In this document: piece by piece, positions 30,489-41,000 of the stretch
Position numbering within the stretch: the first letter of the stretch is position 1
Layout: the number at the start of each line of letters is the position of its first letter
Assembly: GCA_023150875.1 (NCBI GenBank)
Contig: JAKLKC010000038.1
Span: forward strand, 2,408 to 66,407
Direction: 5' to 3'
Length of the DNA: 64,000 nucleotides
DNA from: Myxococcota bacterium
GTDB taxonomy: Bacteria; Myxococcota_A; UBA796; UBA9615; JAKLKC01
Translations under genes and position numbers: made by a program
The notes under the pieces: generated by a model
Databases searched by the model: none
What the model was told of the DNA's origin: nothing
Seen by the model: only the letters and a program-made list of their open reading frames with translations

Positions 30489-32003
30489 TCAGCGCCCCCT
30501 TCCCAGGACCCGGAGCCGGCCCGCCAGCGGCCAGGCCGCCGTGGGCGCGGATGCGGCGGCCGGCGCCACCGCCCGCTCCCGGCGCCAGGCCAGCAGCGCC
30601 GCGGCCAGGAACGCCTCGTCGGGGGGCTCGGGGGCCGTGTCCGCCCCCCGGGCGGCCCTCCCCGGGATGAAGTCCGTGGCGTAGACCCCGGAGCGGAAGA
30701 CCGGGTCGTCCATCACCGACAGGAAGAACGGGATGGTGGTGGGGATCCCCACCAGGTCGAACTCGGTGAGGGCCCGCCGCATGCGCGCGATGGCCTCGTC
30801 CCGGTCCCGACCCCAAGCGGAGAGCTTGGCGATCATCGGATCGTAGTGGATGGGGACGGCGTAGCCCGGCCGGATCGCCCCGTCGACCCGCACCCAGGGG
30901 CCCTCGGGGAGGGTGACGGCCTCGATCCTCCCCGGGGAGGGCACGAACCCCGCCTCGACGTCCTCGGCGTAGATCCGGCACTCGATGGCGTGGCCGTGGC
31001 GGCGGACGTCCTCCTGGCCGAAGGGCAGGGCCCGGCCGGCGGCGACGTCGAGCTGGGCCTTCACCAGGTCGATCCCCGTCACCCACTCCGTGATGGGGTG
31101 CTCCACCTGGAGGCGCGTGTTCATCTCCAGGAAGTAGAAGCTCTGGTCCCGGGCGTCGTACAGGAACTCCACCGTCCCGGCGCCCCGGTAGCCGATGGCT
31201 CCCGCGGCCCGGGTGGCGACCCGGGTCATCTCCGCCCGGACCTCCTCGGGGAGCACCGGGCACGGCGTCTCCTCGATCACCTTCTGGTTGCGGCGCTGCA
31301 CCGAGCAGTCCCGCTCGAAGAGGTGGAGGTGGTGCCCGTGGGTGTCCGACAGCACCTGCACCTCGACGTGGCGGGGCCGGACCACCAGCTTCTCCATGTA
31401 CACCCGGTCGTCGCCGAAGCTGCTCCGGGACTCGGAGCGGGCGCCCCGCAGGGCCGGCCCGATCTCCGCCTCCGACTCCACCCGGCGCATGCCCTTGCCA
31501 CCGCCCCCGGCGCTGGCCTTGAGCATGACGGGGTAGCCGATCCCCGCCGCCACCCGCGCCGCCTCCGCCTCGTCGGCGAGGGGCTCGTGGGTGCCGGGCA
31601 CCACCGGGACCCCGGCGGCGATCATCGTCCGGCGGGCGTCGACTTTATCGCCCATGGCCCGCATCGCTGCGGCGGTCGGCCCGACGAAGACGAGCCCCGA
31701 GTCCTCCACCGCTTGGGCGAAGTCCGCGTTCTCACTCAGGAACCCGTAACCCGGATGGATGGCCTCGGCCCCTGCGCGGCGGGCGGCGTCCAGCACCACC
31801 TCCCCCCGGAGGTAGCTCTGGGCCGAGGCCGCCTTGCCGACGCAGAACGCCTCGTCGGCGAAGCGGACGTGCCGGGCGTCCCGGTCGGCCTCGGAGTAGA
31901 TGGCGACCGTGGCGATCCCCATCTCGCGGCAGGCGCGCATCACCCGCAGCGCGATCTCGCCCCGGTTGGCGACGAGGATCTTCCGGAAGGGAGGGTTGGG
32001 CAT
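30489..32003 (-). CDS. accC: acyl-CoA carboxylase biotin carboxylase subunit
   Basis: [48 protein letters not shown]. Confidence 0.92.
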   Translation of the reverse strand: MPNPPFRKILVANRGEIALRVMRACREMGIATVAIYSEADRDARHVRFADEAFCVGKAASAQSYLRGEVVLDAARRAGAEAIHPGYGFLSENADFAQAVEDSGLVFVGPTAAAMRAMGDKVDARRTMIAAGVPVVPGTHEPLADEAEAARVAAGIGYPVMLKASAGGGGKGMRRVESEAEIGPALRGARSESRSSFGDDRVYMEKLVVRPRHVEVQVLSDTHGHHLHLFERDCSVQRRNQKVIEETPCPVLPEEVRAEMTRVATRAAGAIGYRGAGTVEFLYDARDQSFYFLEMNTRLQVEHPITEWVTGIDLVKAQLDVAAGRALPFGQEDVRRHGHAIECRIYAEDVEAGFVPSPGRIEAVTLPEGPWVRVDGAIRPGYAVPIHYDPMIAKLSAWGRDRDEAIARMRRALTEFDLVGIPTTIPFFLSVMDDPVFRSGVYATDFIPGRAARGADTAPEPPDEAFLAAALLAWRRERAVAPAAASAPTAAWPLAGRLRVLGRGR

Positions 32004-32226
32004 GGGGCGCGGATTATACCGACGCGCCGGGCCGGTGGCCATGCCGGGGGCGATGGGGCGAGCCCCCTTCTTTGACGTCGCGCCAGGCGGCGGCGTAGGG
32101 TGACCGGCGCACCCGACCCGAGGATCCGCCATCCGCCCCCTCGTCCCCCTCGCCGCGCTCCTCCCCGCGCTCCTCGCCGCCGCGCCCCCTCCGGCCGCGG
32201 GCGACGGGGCGCCCCCGGACCTGCCC

Positions 32227-32916
32227 GTGGTCCAGCTCTCGGGGGATCCCGCCCTGGACCTGCTCCGGCGGATCGCCCGGGAGGGGCGGGACGAGGCCGG
32301 CGCGCTGCGGGACTTCGAGGACCTGGTCGCCCTGGGCGCCGGGGCGGTGCCGGCCCTGGCTGGCGTTTACGCCGACCCCGCCGCCCCCGGGGAGGAGCGC
32401 TGGGTCGCCGCCCGGGCCCTGGGCCGGATCGGGGGAGGCGAGGCGCTGCGGGCCCTCAAAGAAGGGCTGGCGCGGTTGCCCGTGCTCGACCGCCTGGCCG
32501 CCGCCACCGCCCTCGGCGACCTCCGCGACCCCGCCGCCGCCGCCGACCTCGCCGCCGCCCTCGCCGATCCCGCCCTGGCGGTGCGGATCTGCGCCGCCGA
32601 CGCCCTGGCCGCCTTGGGTCCTCGGGCCCCCTTCGACGCCCTCGCCCGCGCCCTGGAACGGTCCGGGGAGCCGGCCGGAGGGCGGGATCCCCTCCGGACC
32701 CACCTGGTGGCGGCCCTGGGCGCCACCGGGGATCCCCGGGCGCTCGGCCCCCTGGTGGAGGCCCTGGACGACCCCGATCCCGAGGTCCGGGCCGCGGCGC
32801 TGCGCTCGCTGCCCTCCCTGGCCCGGGGCGCGGGGCGGGTCTCCCCTCCCTCGGGGACGGAGGGCGCGGAGCGGTGGAAGGCGTGGTGGGCCGAGTCCGG
32901 AGGGAGCCCGCGGTAG
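32227..32916 (+). CDS. HEAT-repeat protein
   Basis: Repeated AARALGRIG / AATALGDLRD / ALGATGDPRALGPLVEALDDPDPEVR. Start uncertain. Confidence 0.75.
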   Translation: MVQLSGDPALDLLRRIAREGRDEAGALRDFEDLVALGAGAVPALAGVYADPAAPGEERWVAARALGRIGGGEALRALKEGLARLPVLDRLAAATALGDLRDPAAAADLAAALADPALAVRICAADALAALGPRAPFDALARALERSGEPAGGRDPLRTHLVAALGATGDPRALGPLVEALDDPDPEVRAAALRSLPSLARGAGRVSPPSGTEGAERWKAWWAESGGSPR

Positions 32917-32925
32917 GGGAAGGCC

Positions 32926-33744
32926 TCAGCGCCGGCCGCCGCCGAAGTGGAACCCGAAGGAGAGCACGCAGCGGCCGAGCTTGATGCGGTCGCCGGTGCG
33001 GAGGCGCGAGGTGGAGACGCGACGGCCGTTCACCCAGGTGCCGTTGGTGGAGTTGAGGTCCCGCAGGTAGACCTCGTCGCCGAACACCTCGATGATGGCG
33101 TGGCGGCGGCTGACGTCGCTGTCCCGGACGACGAGGTCGGTGTTGAGCCGGCCCAGCAGGATGGCGTCGGAGTCGAAGCGGTACACCAGCCCGCGGTCGG
33201 CGCCCTCCAGGACCTCCAGCACGATCTCGAAGCGGGTCTCCCTCTGCCGGTGCGAGTCCCCCGACTCGGTGCCGCTCAAGGGGATCTCCTCGGTGTCCGC
33301 GTCCAGGGGGGCCGCCGAGCGCGTCCGCCCGATCCCCAGGTCCACGGGCCCGCCCACCACCACCGAGCGCATCCCCCGCAGGGGAGAGCGGATCTTCGCC
33401 GTCTGCTCGCTGGCGGGGCGCGGCGCCTCCTCGTCCTCCCCCGCCTCCTCCGCCAGGGCTTCGAAGCGCAGGAGGGTCTGGCCGATCTTGAGCTCGCAGG
33501 TGCCGGGGAGGGTCGCCTCCGCCACCTGTACGCCGTCCACGAAGACGCCGTTGGTCGAGCCGAGGTCCATCACCTTCCACGCCCCCTGCTCGAAGGAGAC
33601 GATGGCGTGGATCGACGACACCTCGGAGTCTCCGAGGATCACGTCTCCCACCTGGCGGCCGATGACGGTCCTCCCCCCGTCGAGGGGGACGACCTGCCCG
33701 GCCTTCTCTCCGGTGAGGAACCTGAGTTCAGCGCGCCCGACCAA
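32926..33744 (-). CDS. tandem FHA-domain protein
   Basis: Two FHA motif sets: IGR..VSSIHA..DLGSTNG and LGR..VSRRHA..DLNSTNGT. Start uncertain. Confidence 0.88.
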   Translation of the reverse strand: MVGRAELRFLTGEKAGQVVPLDGGRTVIGRQVGDVILGDSEVSSIHAIVSFEQGAWKVMDLGSTNGVFVDGVQVAEATLPGTCELKIGQTLLRFEALAEEAGEDEEAPRPASEQTAKIRSPLRGMRSVVVGGPVDLGIGRTRSAAPLDADTEEIPLSGTESGDSHRQRETRFEIVLEVLEGADRGLVYRFDSDAILLGRLNTDLVVRDSDVSRRHAIIEVFGDEVYLRDLNSTNGTWVNGRRVSTSRLRTGDRIKLGRCVLSFGFHFGGGRR

Positions 33745-33967
33745 GCGACTCAAGTCCCGGGTGGTTCCGAAGGAGGCGTTGCGGGGCCACCGTCCCCTCG
33801 TGGTGGATGCGCCCCCAGGATAGGCCACCCCCACCGTCGGACGCAAGGCGCGCCCCGAGGATCCCGGAGGCCAGAACGGACACCGCGCGGCCAGCCTCCA
33901 GGGCCGGCCGCGCGGGTCGCGGCTCAGCGTTCGGCGCCCACCCCCTGGGGAAGGGCGCCGGTCGAGA

Positions 33968-34429
33968 TCAGTACACGTTGTTCTGGGAGAGCATCTTGGG
34001 CTTCTCGGCCTCGGTGGTGACGTAGGAGGCGGAGGCGCCGTTGGCGTCGATGTCGGACACCGCGGTGACCTGGAAGTCCGCGTTCGAGCCGGCGGTGGTG
34101 TTGGCAGAGATCGTGTACTTGCCGCGGATCAGGCCGTCGAACTCCCAGCCCATGATGCCCATCGCGACGGAGCCGCCGCCCACGGTGGGGGCGTCGGCGA
34201 TGCCGTCGGTGCCCTCGCCGGCCACCGCGGTGTCGGCCGTGTAGACGTCCCACTCCGCGAAGTACGCCTTCTCCGCGGTGCGGATGCCGTCGAGGTTGGT
34301 GGGGAGCTCGGAGCGCTTGGCGCGGAGCTGCATGGCCAGGAAGTTGGGGATCGCGATGGCGGCGAGGATGCCGATGATGGCGACCACGATCATGAGCTCG
34401 ATGAGGGTGAAGCCCTTGTTGTTCCGCAT
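33968..34429 (-). CDS. pilA: type IVa major pilin
   Basis: MRNNKG/FTLIELMIVVAIIGILAAIAIPNF prepilin cleavage motif. Confidence 0.92.
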   Translation of the reverse strand: MRNNKGFTLIELMIVVAIIGILAAIAIPNFLAMQLRAKRSELPTNLDGIRTAEKAYFAEWDVYTADTAVAGEGTDGIADAPTVGGGSVAMGIMGWEFDGLIRGKYTISANTTAGSNADFQVTAVSDIDANGASASYVTTEAEKPKMLSQNNVY

Positions 34430-34522
34430 CTTCTTCTCCTTCTTCGACCCCTCGCCGGGGCCGGTCGTTGGTTCGCTCCCGGCTCCGTCTCCATCCGAAC
34501 CGCGAGCCGCGCCCCCTCCTAC

Positions 34523-34538
34523 AGCAGGACCCGTGCCA
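34523..34538 (-). promoter_or_regulatory. sigma54 (-24/-12) promoter of pilin gene
   Basis: Minus strand reads TGGCACGGGTCCTGCT, with correct GG-N10-GC spacing, about 95 bp upstream of the ATG. Confidence 0.75.
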
Positions 34539-34686
34539 GACGCGAGCGTCGCGGGGCCGATCACTTCAACATGCTGATATGACTACTTTTTTCGTTCGCG
34601 GCCCGTTCGCGTCCCACCGCTCCGCGCCCGTCCCGGACGGGGAGGTGCCGAGGATTGTCACCTCGTGGGGCCACGATGCGCCATCG

Positions 34687-34703
34687 GTGACGAATATCGT
34701 CAC
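34687..34703. promoter_or_regulatory. palindrome GTGACGA-ATA-TCGTCAC, candidate enhancer (PilR-type) site
   Basis: Perfect 7-bp inverted repeat about 150 bp upstream of the sigma54 site. Confidence 0.5.
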
Positions 34704-34795
34704 TCGCCGGGGGCGGTGCCGCCGGCTGGTATGATGCCGCCGCCGCCGGAGCGCCCACCGGGAAGCGGCGCCCCGGCTCTGGAGAGCGAGGAACC

Positions 34796-36445
34796 ATGGC
34801 TTACCTGTTCGGTGGACACGTCGTGGCCCGCGCCCTGGCGCGGGAGGGGGTCAGTCACCTCTTCACCCTGTGCGGGGGCCACATCCAGGCGATCTACGAC
34901 GGCTGCCTCGACCACGGCATCCGCGTGGTGGACTTCCGCCACGAGCAGGCCGCCGCCCACGCCGCCGAGGGGTGGGCCCGGGCCACCGGGCAGGTGGGGG
35001 TGGCCGCGGTCACCGCGGGCCCCGGGGTGACCGACGCGGTGACCGCCGTCGCCAACGCCCGCAGGGCCCAGGTGCCCATGGTGCTCATCGGAGGCCAGGG
35101 CCCCATCGGCTTCAAGGAGATGGGCTCCCTCCAGGAGATGGACCACGTCGAGCTGATGCGCTCCATCACCAAGTGGTCCACCACCGTGCCCGAGACCCGC
35201 CGGCTGGCGGAGTACGTCTCCATGGCCTTCCGCAAGGCCGCGACGGGGGTGCCGGGGCCGGTGTTCCTGGAGATCCCCTTGGACGTGCTCGTCGGGGGCA
35301 TGGACGAGGACCAGGTGGAGTGGCCCCACGGCAACACCCGCACCGCGGCGGTGCCCGGCGGCGATCCCCAGGAGGTGGAGATGGCCGCCTGGATGCTCCG
35401 TCACGCGGAGAGGCCCGTGCTGCTGGTGGGCTCCCAGCTCTGGTGGAGCCGCTATAAGGAAGGACTGGGGGAGCTGGTGCGGGCGACGGGGGCCCCCGTC
35501 TACACCAACGGCATGGCCCGGGGAGCCCTGGCGCCGGACCACCCGCAGTTCTACCGGCTCAGCCGCGCCCACGCCCTCAAGAGGGCGGACGTCGCGGTGG
35601 TCTTCGGCACCCCCCTGGACTTCCGGATCGGTTACGGGCGCCCCCCCCGGCTCCCCGCGGAGACGCGCCTCATCCAGGTGGACCTGGACCCCGAGGAGCT
35701 GGGCCGGAACCGGGGGGTCGACGTGGGGATCGCCGGCGACAGCGGCCTGGCGATGCGCCAGCTCGCCGCGGCCCTGGGGGGCGAGAGGGACGACTCGGGG
35801 ATCCGGGCCTGGCGCGAGGAGCTGCGGGGGATCGAGGAGGCGCGCCTCTCGGCGATGCGGGCCCAGATGGACTCCGACGCCGTGCCCGTCAACCCGCTGC
35901 GCTTCGCCAAGGAGGTGGCGTCCGTCGTGGGCCCCGACACCGTGGTGGTGGGGGACGGCGGCGACATCGTGGCCACCTACGCCAACGTGGCCCCGGTGTT
36001 CCGCATGGGCTCCTGGATGGACCCGGGCCCCCTGGGCACCCTGGGGGTCGGGCCGAGCTACGCCATGGCGTCGAAGCTCGCCGATCCCTCCCGCCCGGTC
36101 ATGGTGGTGTACGGCGACGGGTCCTTCGGGCTCAACGGCATGGAGTTCGAGGCGGCGGCCCGGCAGGGGATCCCCATCGTCGGCGTGGTCGGCAACGACG
36201 CGAGCTGGCAGCAGATCCGCCGCGGCCAGGTCTCGATGTACGGGGAGGACCGCGCCGTGGCCACCGCCCTGCGCCACACCCGCTACGACCTCATGGTGGA
36301 GGCCCTGGGCGGGCACGGGGAGTACGTCGAGAGGCCCGAGGAGATCCGCCCCGCCCTGGAGCGGGCCTTCGCCTCGGGGGTGCCGGCGCTGGTGAACGTG
36401 AAGATCGGGGCCAGCGACTTCCGCAAGGACTCCATCAGCGTGTGA
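34796..36445 (+). CDS. thiamine-pyrophosphate enzyme (acetolactate synthase / 2-hydroxyacyl-CoA lyase-like)
   Basis: FTLCGGHI, RHEQAA, TAGPG, GDGSFG...N TPP motif, DPGPLGTLGVG. Confidence 0.88.
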   Translation: MAYLFGGHVVARALAREGVSHLFTLCGGHIQAIYDGCLDHGIRVVDFRHEQAAAHAAEGWARATGQVGVAAVTAGPGVTDAVTAVANARRAQVPMVLIGGQGPIGFKEMGSLQEMDHVELMRSITKWSTTVPETRRLAEYVSMAFRKAATGVPGPVFLEIPLDVLVGGMDEDQVEWPHGNTRTAAVPGGDPQEVEMAAWMLRHAERPVLLVGSQLWWSRYKEGLGELVRATGAPVYTNGMARGALAPDHPQFYRLSRAHALKRADVAVVFGTPLDFRIGYGRPPRLPAETRLIQVDLDPEELGRNRGVDVGIAGDSGLAMRQLAAALGGERDDSGIRAWREELRGIEEARLSAMRAQMDSDAVPVNPLRFAKEVASVVGPDTVVVGDGGDIVATYANVAPVFRMGSWMDPGPLGTLGVGPSYAMASKLADPSRPVMVVYGDGSFGLNGMEFEAAARQGIPIVGVVGNDASWQQIRRGQVSMYGEDRAVATALRHTRYDLMVEALGGHGEYVERPEEIRPALERAFASGVPALVNVKIGASDFRKDSISV

Positions 36446-36491
36446 GGGCTCCGGCCCGGGCGGACCGCCCCAGGGAGAGGAGGGACGAGGG

Positions 36492-37238
36492 ATGGACGTT
36501 TCGCTCCAGGTGAGCCTGCTCGGGGAGCTGAACCAGGCGGACAAGGCGATCTGGGCCCTGGAGGACGAGGCGGCGGCCCGCCCCCGGGAGCTCCGGGCCC
36601 GGGAGGAGGCGCTCCAGGAGAAGAAGCGCGCGCGGGAGGCCGCGGAGGCGGGGCACGCCGCGCGGGACCGGGAACGCCGCGCCCGGGAGAAGGAGCTGCT
36701 GGAGGTGGAGGCCCGAGCCCGGCGCGCCGAGGAGAACGCCGACCGCGTCACCAACCAGGCCCAGTACGACGCGTCCCAGCGGGAGGTCCAGGCGCTCCGG
36801 GAGCGCGCGGACGCCCTCGGCGAGGAGGCGCTCGCCCTCATCGACGAGGTGGACGCCCTGGCCCGGGGCGTGGCCGAGGCGAGGGCGGCCGAGGGGGCGG
36901 CGGCGGCGGAGCGGGACGACCTGGCCCGGACCGCGGCGGCCCGGCTCGCCGCCATCGACGGCGAGCTGTCCGGGAGGAGGTCCGAGCGGGACCGCGTGGC
37001 GGGGGAGATGGACCCGGCGGTGCTCGCCCGCTACCGCCGGGCGGTGGCCTCTCCCGGTGCCCGGGGCGGGGTGACGGTGTGCCGGGACGGTGTGTGCCAG
37101 ACCTGCCGCCGCCAGGTTCCGCCCCAGATCCTCAACGAGGCCGAGGCCTTCCGGGCCCTCCACGCCTGCCCCTCCTGCGGGCGCCTGATCCTCAACGTGC
37201 TGAGGCCCGAGGCGGCGGGGAGCCCGGAGTCCGCCTGA
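36492..37238 (+). CDS. coiled-coil protein with C4 zinc ribbon (DUF164/zf-RING_7 family)
   Basis: Long coiled coil, then CQTC...CPSCGRLIL. Confidence 0.88.
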   Translation: MDVSLQVSLLGELNQADKAIWALEDEAAARPRELRAREEALQEKKRAREAAEAGHAARDRERRAREKELLEVEARARRAEENADRVTNQAQYDASQREVQALRERADALGEEALALIDEVDALARGVAEARAAEGAAAAERDDLARTAAARLAAIDGELSGRRSERDRVAGEMDPAVLARYRRAVASPGARGGVTVCRDGVCQTCRRQVPPQILNEAEAFRALHACPSCGRLILNVLRPEAAGSPESA

Positions 37239-37469
37239 ATCCGCCAGGGTCCCTTGATGACCTACCCGGTTGCCACCCACAGCCCTGACCCTCCCCGCTC
37301 TTCCCACCGTGTTCTCTGTGGGCCCCGGACGGGCCGCTCTGTGCCTCTGTGGGCGAGCCAAGGACGGCGAGCCATTGCGCTGGCCGCCAGTCGTCACGAA
37401 CCACCCTGCGTGACGACCGGATAGGCATAGTCCCTTGCACTCCCGCCGGGACGACCTAGCTTCACCGTT

Positions 37470-37931
37470 GGCGCGGAGCCGTCCAGGCGACCGCCGGTGG
37501 GCGCGGCCTCCCAGGGGGCCGGGTCCGCGGGAGGAAAGTCCGAGCTCCGCAGGGCAGGGTGCCGGGTAACACCCGGTCGGGGTGACCCGCAGGAGAGTGC
37601 CACAGAGAGCAGACCGCCCGCAGGGGCGCTCCCCCGGAGGGGGGGCGCTCGCGGCGCCGCGACGCCAGCCGCGGCGCCTCGGTCCGGCCCCGACGCCGGC
37701 CCGAGGGTCAGGGTGAAAGGGTGCGGCAAGAGCGCACCGCCGCCGCCGGCAACGGGGGCGGGCACGGAAAACCCCACCCGGAGCAAGGCCAAATAGGGGA
37801 GAGATCGAGGGTTGCCCGCCCGATCTCCCGGGTCGGCCGCTCGAGCCCGCGGGGGACCGCGGGCCTAGACGAATGGTCGCCGCCGGCCGCGAGGCCGGAA
37901 CAGAACTCGGCTTACCGGACGACTCCGCGCC
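37470..37931 (+). ncRNA. rnpB: RNase P RNA, type A
   Basis: GAGGAAAGTCCGAGCTCC, AGTGCCACAGA, GGGTGAAAGGGTGCGGCAAGAGCGCACC, ACAGAACTCGGCTTA. P1 pairing GGCGCGGAG.CGTCC / GGACGACTCCGCGCC. Confidence 0.97.
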
Positions 37932-38094
37932 ATCTTCCTCCCGGGTCCCGAGCCCGAGCCCGGTCCGCAACGGGCTCGGGTGCGGGCGCGGGCCGAGGGG
38001 TCCGCGCCGAGGCCGGGGTCCTCGATCACGAGGGAGTGGACCTCGTCCGGCGCCCCCGGTATCCTTCGCTGACTCCGGGAGGAGAGTGGCCCAG

Positions 38095-41000
38095 ATGAAC
38101 GCGCGCTGCTGGACACCTTTGATGATGGCGGGGATCGCCCTCGCGGCCGGGGGCTGCAAGACGCTCTCGAACGACTCCCGCCAGGACCCTCAGATCTCCA
38201 TCACCAGCCCGGCGGACGGCTACCAGGTGGTGACCGGGGCGCCGGTGCAGTTCGTCGCCCGGGTGGAGGACGACTCCCCCGACCTGGACTCCATCGAGGT
38301 GGTATGGAGCAGCGACGTCGATGACGAGCTGTTCCGCGGCAACCTGGACTCCCAGGGGGTCAGCCAGTTCACCACCACCGGCCTCAGCTCCGCCACCCAC
38401 GTCATCACCGCTACCGCCACCGACCTGGACGGCGACCAGGGGATGGTGTCGGTGACGGTGACGGTCGATCCCAACAGCGCCCCGGAGCTGGTCCTCACCT
38501 CCCCCACATCCGGCGCGAGCTTCCCGTCGAACTCCGTGGTGCCGGTCAGCGGCACCGTCTCCGACGGGCAGGACGCTCCGGGGCAGCTCCGGATCACGGT
38601 CTCCAGCAGCCTGTCGGTGGATCCGCTGGTCGCGGACCTCGCCCCCGCGAACGACGGGACCTTCAGCGTCTCGGTCTTCCTCGGCGAGGGAGCCCAGACC
38701 CTCACGGTCGCCGCCACGGACCGGGGAGGCCTCACGGACTCCGAGGAGGTGGACCTCACGGTGGTACCCGCCGACGAGGTGCCGGAGTGCGAGATCCTCT
38801 CCCCCGCGTCCGGCTCCGTCACCCCCCCCGACACCACCATCGAGGGCACCGCCTCGGACGGCGAAGACGCCGCCGGGGACCTCGTGGTCACCCTCTCCAG
38901 CAACGTCGGTGGCCCCCTCGGCTCCCCGGTGCCCGACGCGAACGGCGACTTCCAGTGGCCGGTGACCCTCGCCTCGGGCAGCCACGTCCTGACGTTGCGG
39001 GTGGAGGACAGCCAGGCCCAGTACTGCGAGGACAGCGTCACCGTCACGGTGTCGGGCGCCCCCGCGGTGAGCATCGACAGCCCGGCGGACGGCACGGTGT
39101 TCAGCGCCGGCTCCTCGATCACCCTCTCGGGCATGGTGTCGGACTCCGAGGACCCGCCTCCGGACCTCGAGATCGCGTGGACCAGCTCCCTGGTGGTGGA
39201 CCCCCTCTCCACCACGCCGGCGGGCGGCAGCGGCACCACCATCGCCCAGCTCGCCGCGGGGCTCGAGAACGGCATCCACGTCATCACGCTCACCGCTACC
39301 GACACCGACGGCCAGGTCGGCAGCGACAGCATCACCCTCGTCGTGAACGGCTCCCCGGGCTCGCCCGCCGTCGCCATCGTCCCCGAGAGCCCCTACACCA
39401 CCGACGACCTGGTGGTCGCCATCACCGCCGACGCGATCGATCCCGACGGCGATCCGGTGACCTACCGCTACGAGTGGTACCTCAACAACGTGGTCGATCC
39501 CTCCCTGACGACCGACACCGTGTCCTCCTCCCTCACCACCAAGGGCCAGATCTGGAAGGTCCGGGTCTATGCCAGCGACGGGATCGGCGAGGGGCCGGCG
39601 GCCCAGGCCCAGGTGACGGTGCAGAACTCCCTGCCGGTGGTGGACGGGGCCACCCTGTCCCCCGATCCCGCCACCGACGGGCAGGCGATCACGGCCACGC
39701 CGGGGACATACTCCGACGCCGACGGCGACGCCGTGACCCTGCGCTACCGCTGGTACGTGAACGGTACGAACCTGGGCCCCAACTCCGACTCCCTCACCCC
39801 CAGCAACTTCGTGCGGGGGGACGAGGTCTGGGTCACGGTGACCGGCAGCGACGGGGCCGAGGGGCCGGCGGCGGAGTCGGCGCACCTGGTCGTCCAGAAC
39901 GCCCTGCCCACCACCCCCACCGTCACCCTGTCCCCCTCGCCGGCGACGCCCGGGACGGACCTGGTCTGCAGCCGCGGCAACTCCGTCGACGCGGACGGAG
40001 ACGCCCTCACCTACGAGTTCGCGTGGGACGTGGACGGCGCCCCCCGGGCCGACCTCGCCGGCCTCCAGACCGTCCCCGGCTCGGAGCTGCTCACGGGCCA
40101 GGTGTGGACCTGCTCGGTCACGCCCTGGGACGGCATCGACTACGGGGTGGCTGGCTCCGCCTCGGCGACCGTGGGCGAGGTGGTGTACCCGGTGGTCCGG
40201 GACCTGGCGGGTGCGGCCCTGGTGCTGGACGGCCAGTCGGGGAACGACCGGTTCGGCGCCGCCGCCACCTCCGGCGACCTGAACGCCGACGGCTGGCCGG
40301 ACCTGGTGGTGGGTGCGCCCAAGCGGGACTCGGGCTCCGACGTCGACACCGGCGCCGTGTACGTCTTCTTCGGCTCCGGGGACGGGTTCCCGGCGAGCCT
40401 GGGGGCCGACTCCGCCGACGTGGTCCTGACGGGGACCCACGCCGGAGGCCTGGCCGGCACCGAGGTGCGGGCGGACGGCGACGCCAACGGCGACGGCCGC
40501 GCCGACCTGCTGGTGGGGGTGCCCGCCGACGACACCGCGGGCAACAACGGCGGAGCGGTCTTCGTTCTGTTCGGCGGCCCCGGCTTCGTCGACGAGTCCA
40601 GCGCCCTCTGGGACGTGGCCGACGTCGCCCTCGTCGCCGAGAGCGCCGACGACAAGGCGGGCACTTCCGTGGCCTACGTCCCGGACATCGACGGGGACGG
40701 GGACGACGAGGTCCTGGTGGGGGCGCCGGACACCGGCAGCGGGATCGACACCGCCCAGACCGGGACGGTCTACCTGGTGCTGGGAGATCCGGCCCTCGGG
40801 GGCACCTTCCCCCTGGGCGACGCCGACGCCCGGTACGAGGGGCTGGCGACCCTGAACCGGTGCGGGCAGTCCGTCGCCGGGCTCGGGGACGTGGACGGCG
40901 ACTCCGTCCCCGACTTCGCCATCGGGGCCACCAAGGAGTCCACCACCGCCACCAACGGAGGGACGGTCTACTTCTACTCCGGTGCGACGGCGCTGGCCGC

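Noticed and set aside
33968-34429. Possible conductive e-pilin
   Set aside because: By my count 12 aromatics in 147 mature residues, with no aromatic at positions 27 or 32. It looks like an ordinary long type IVa pilin.
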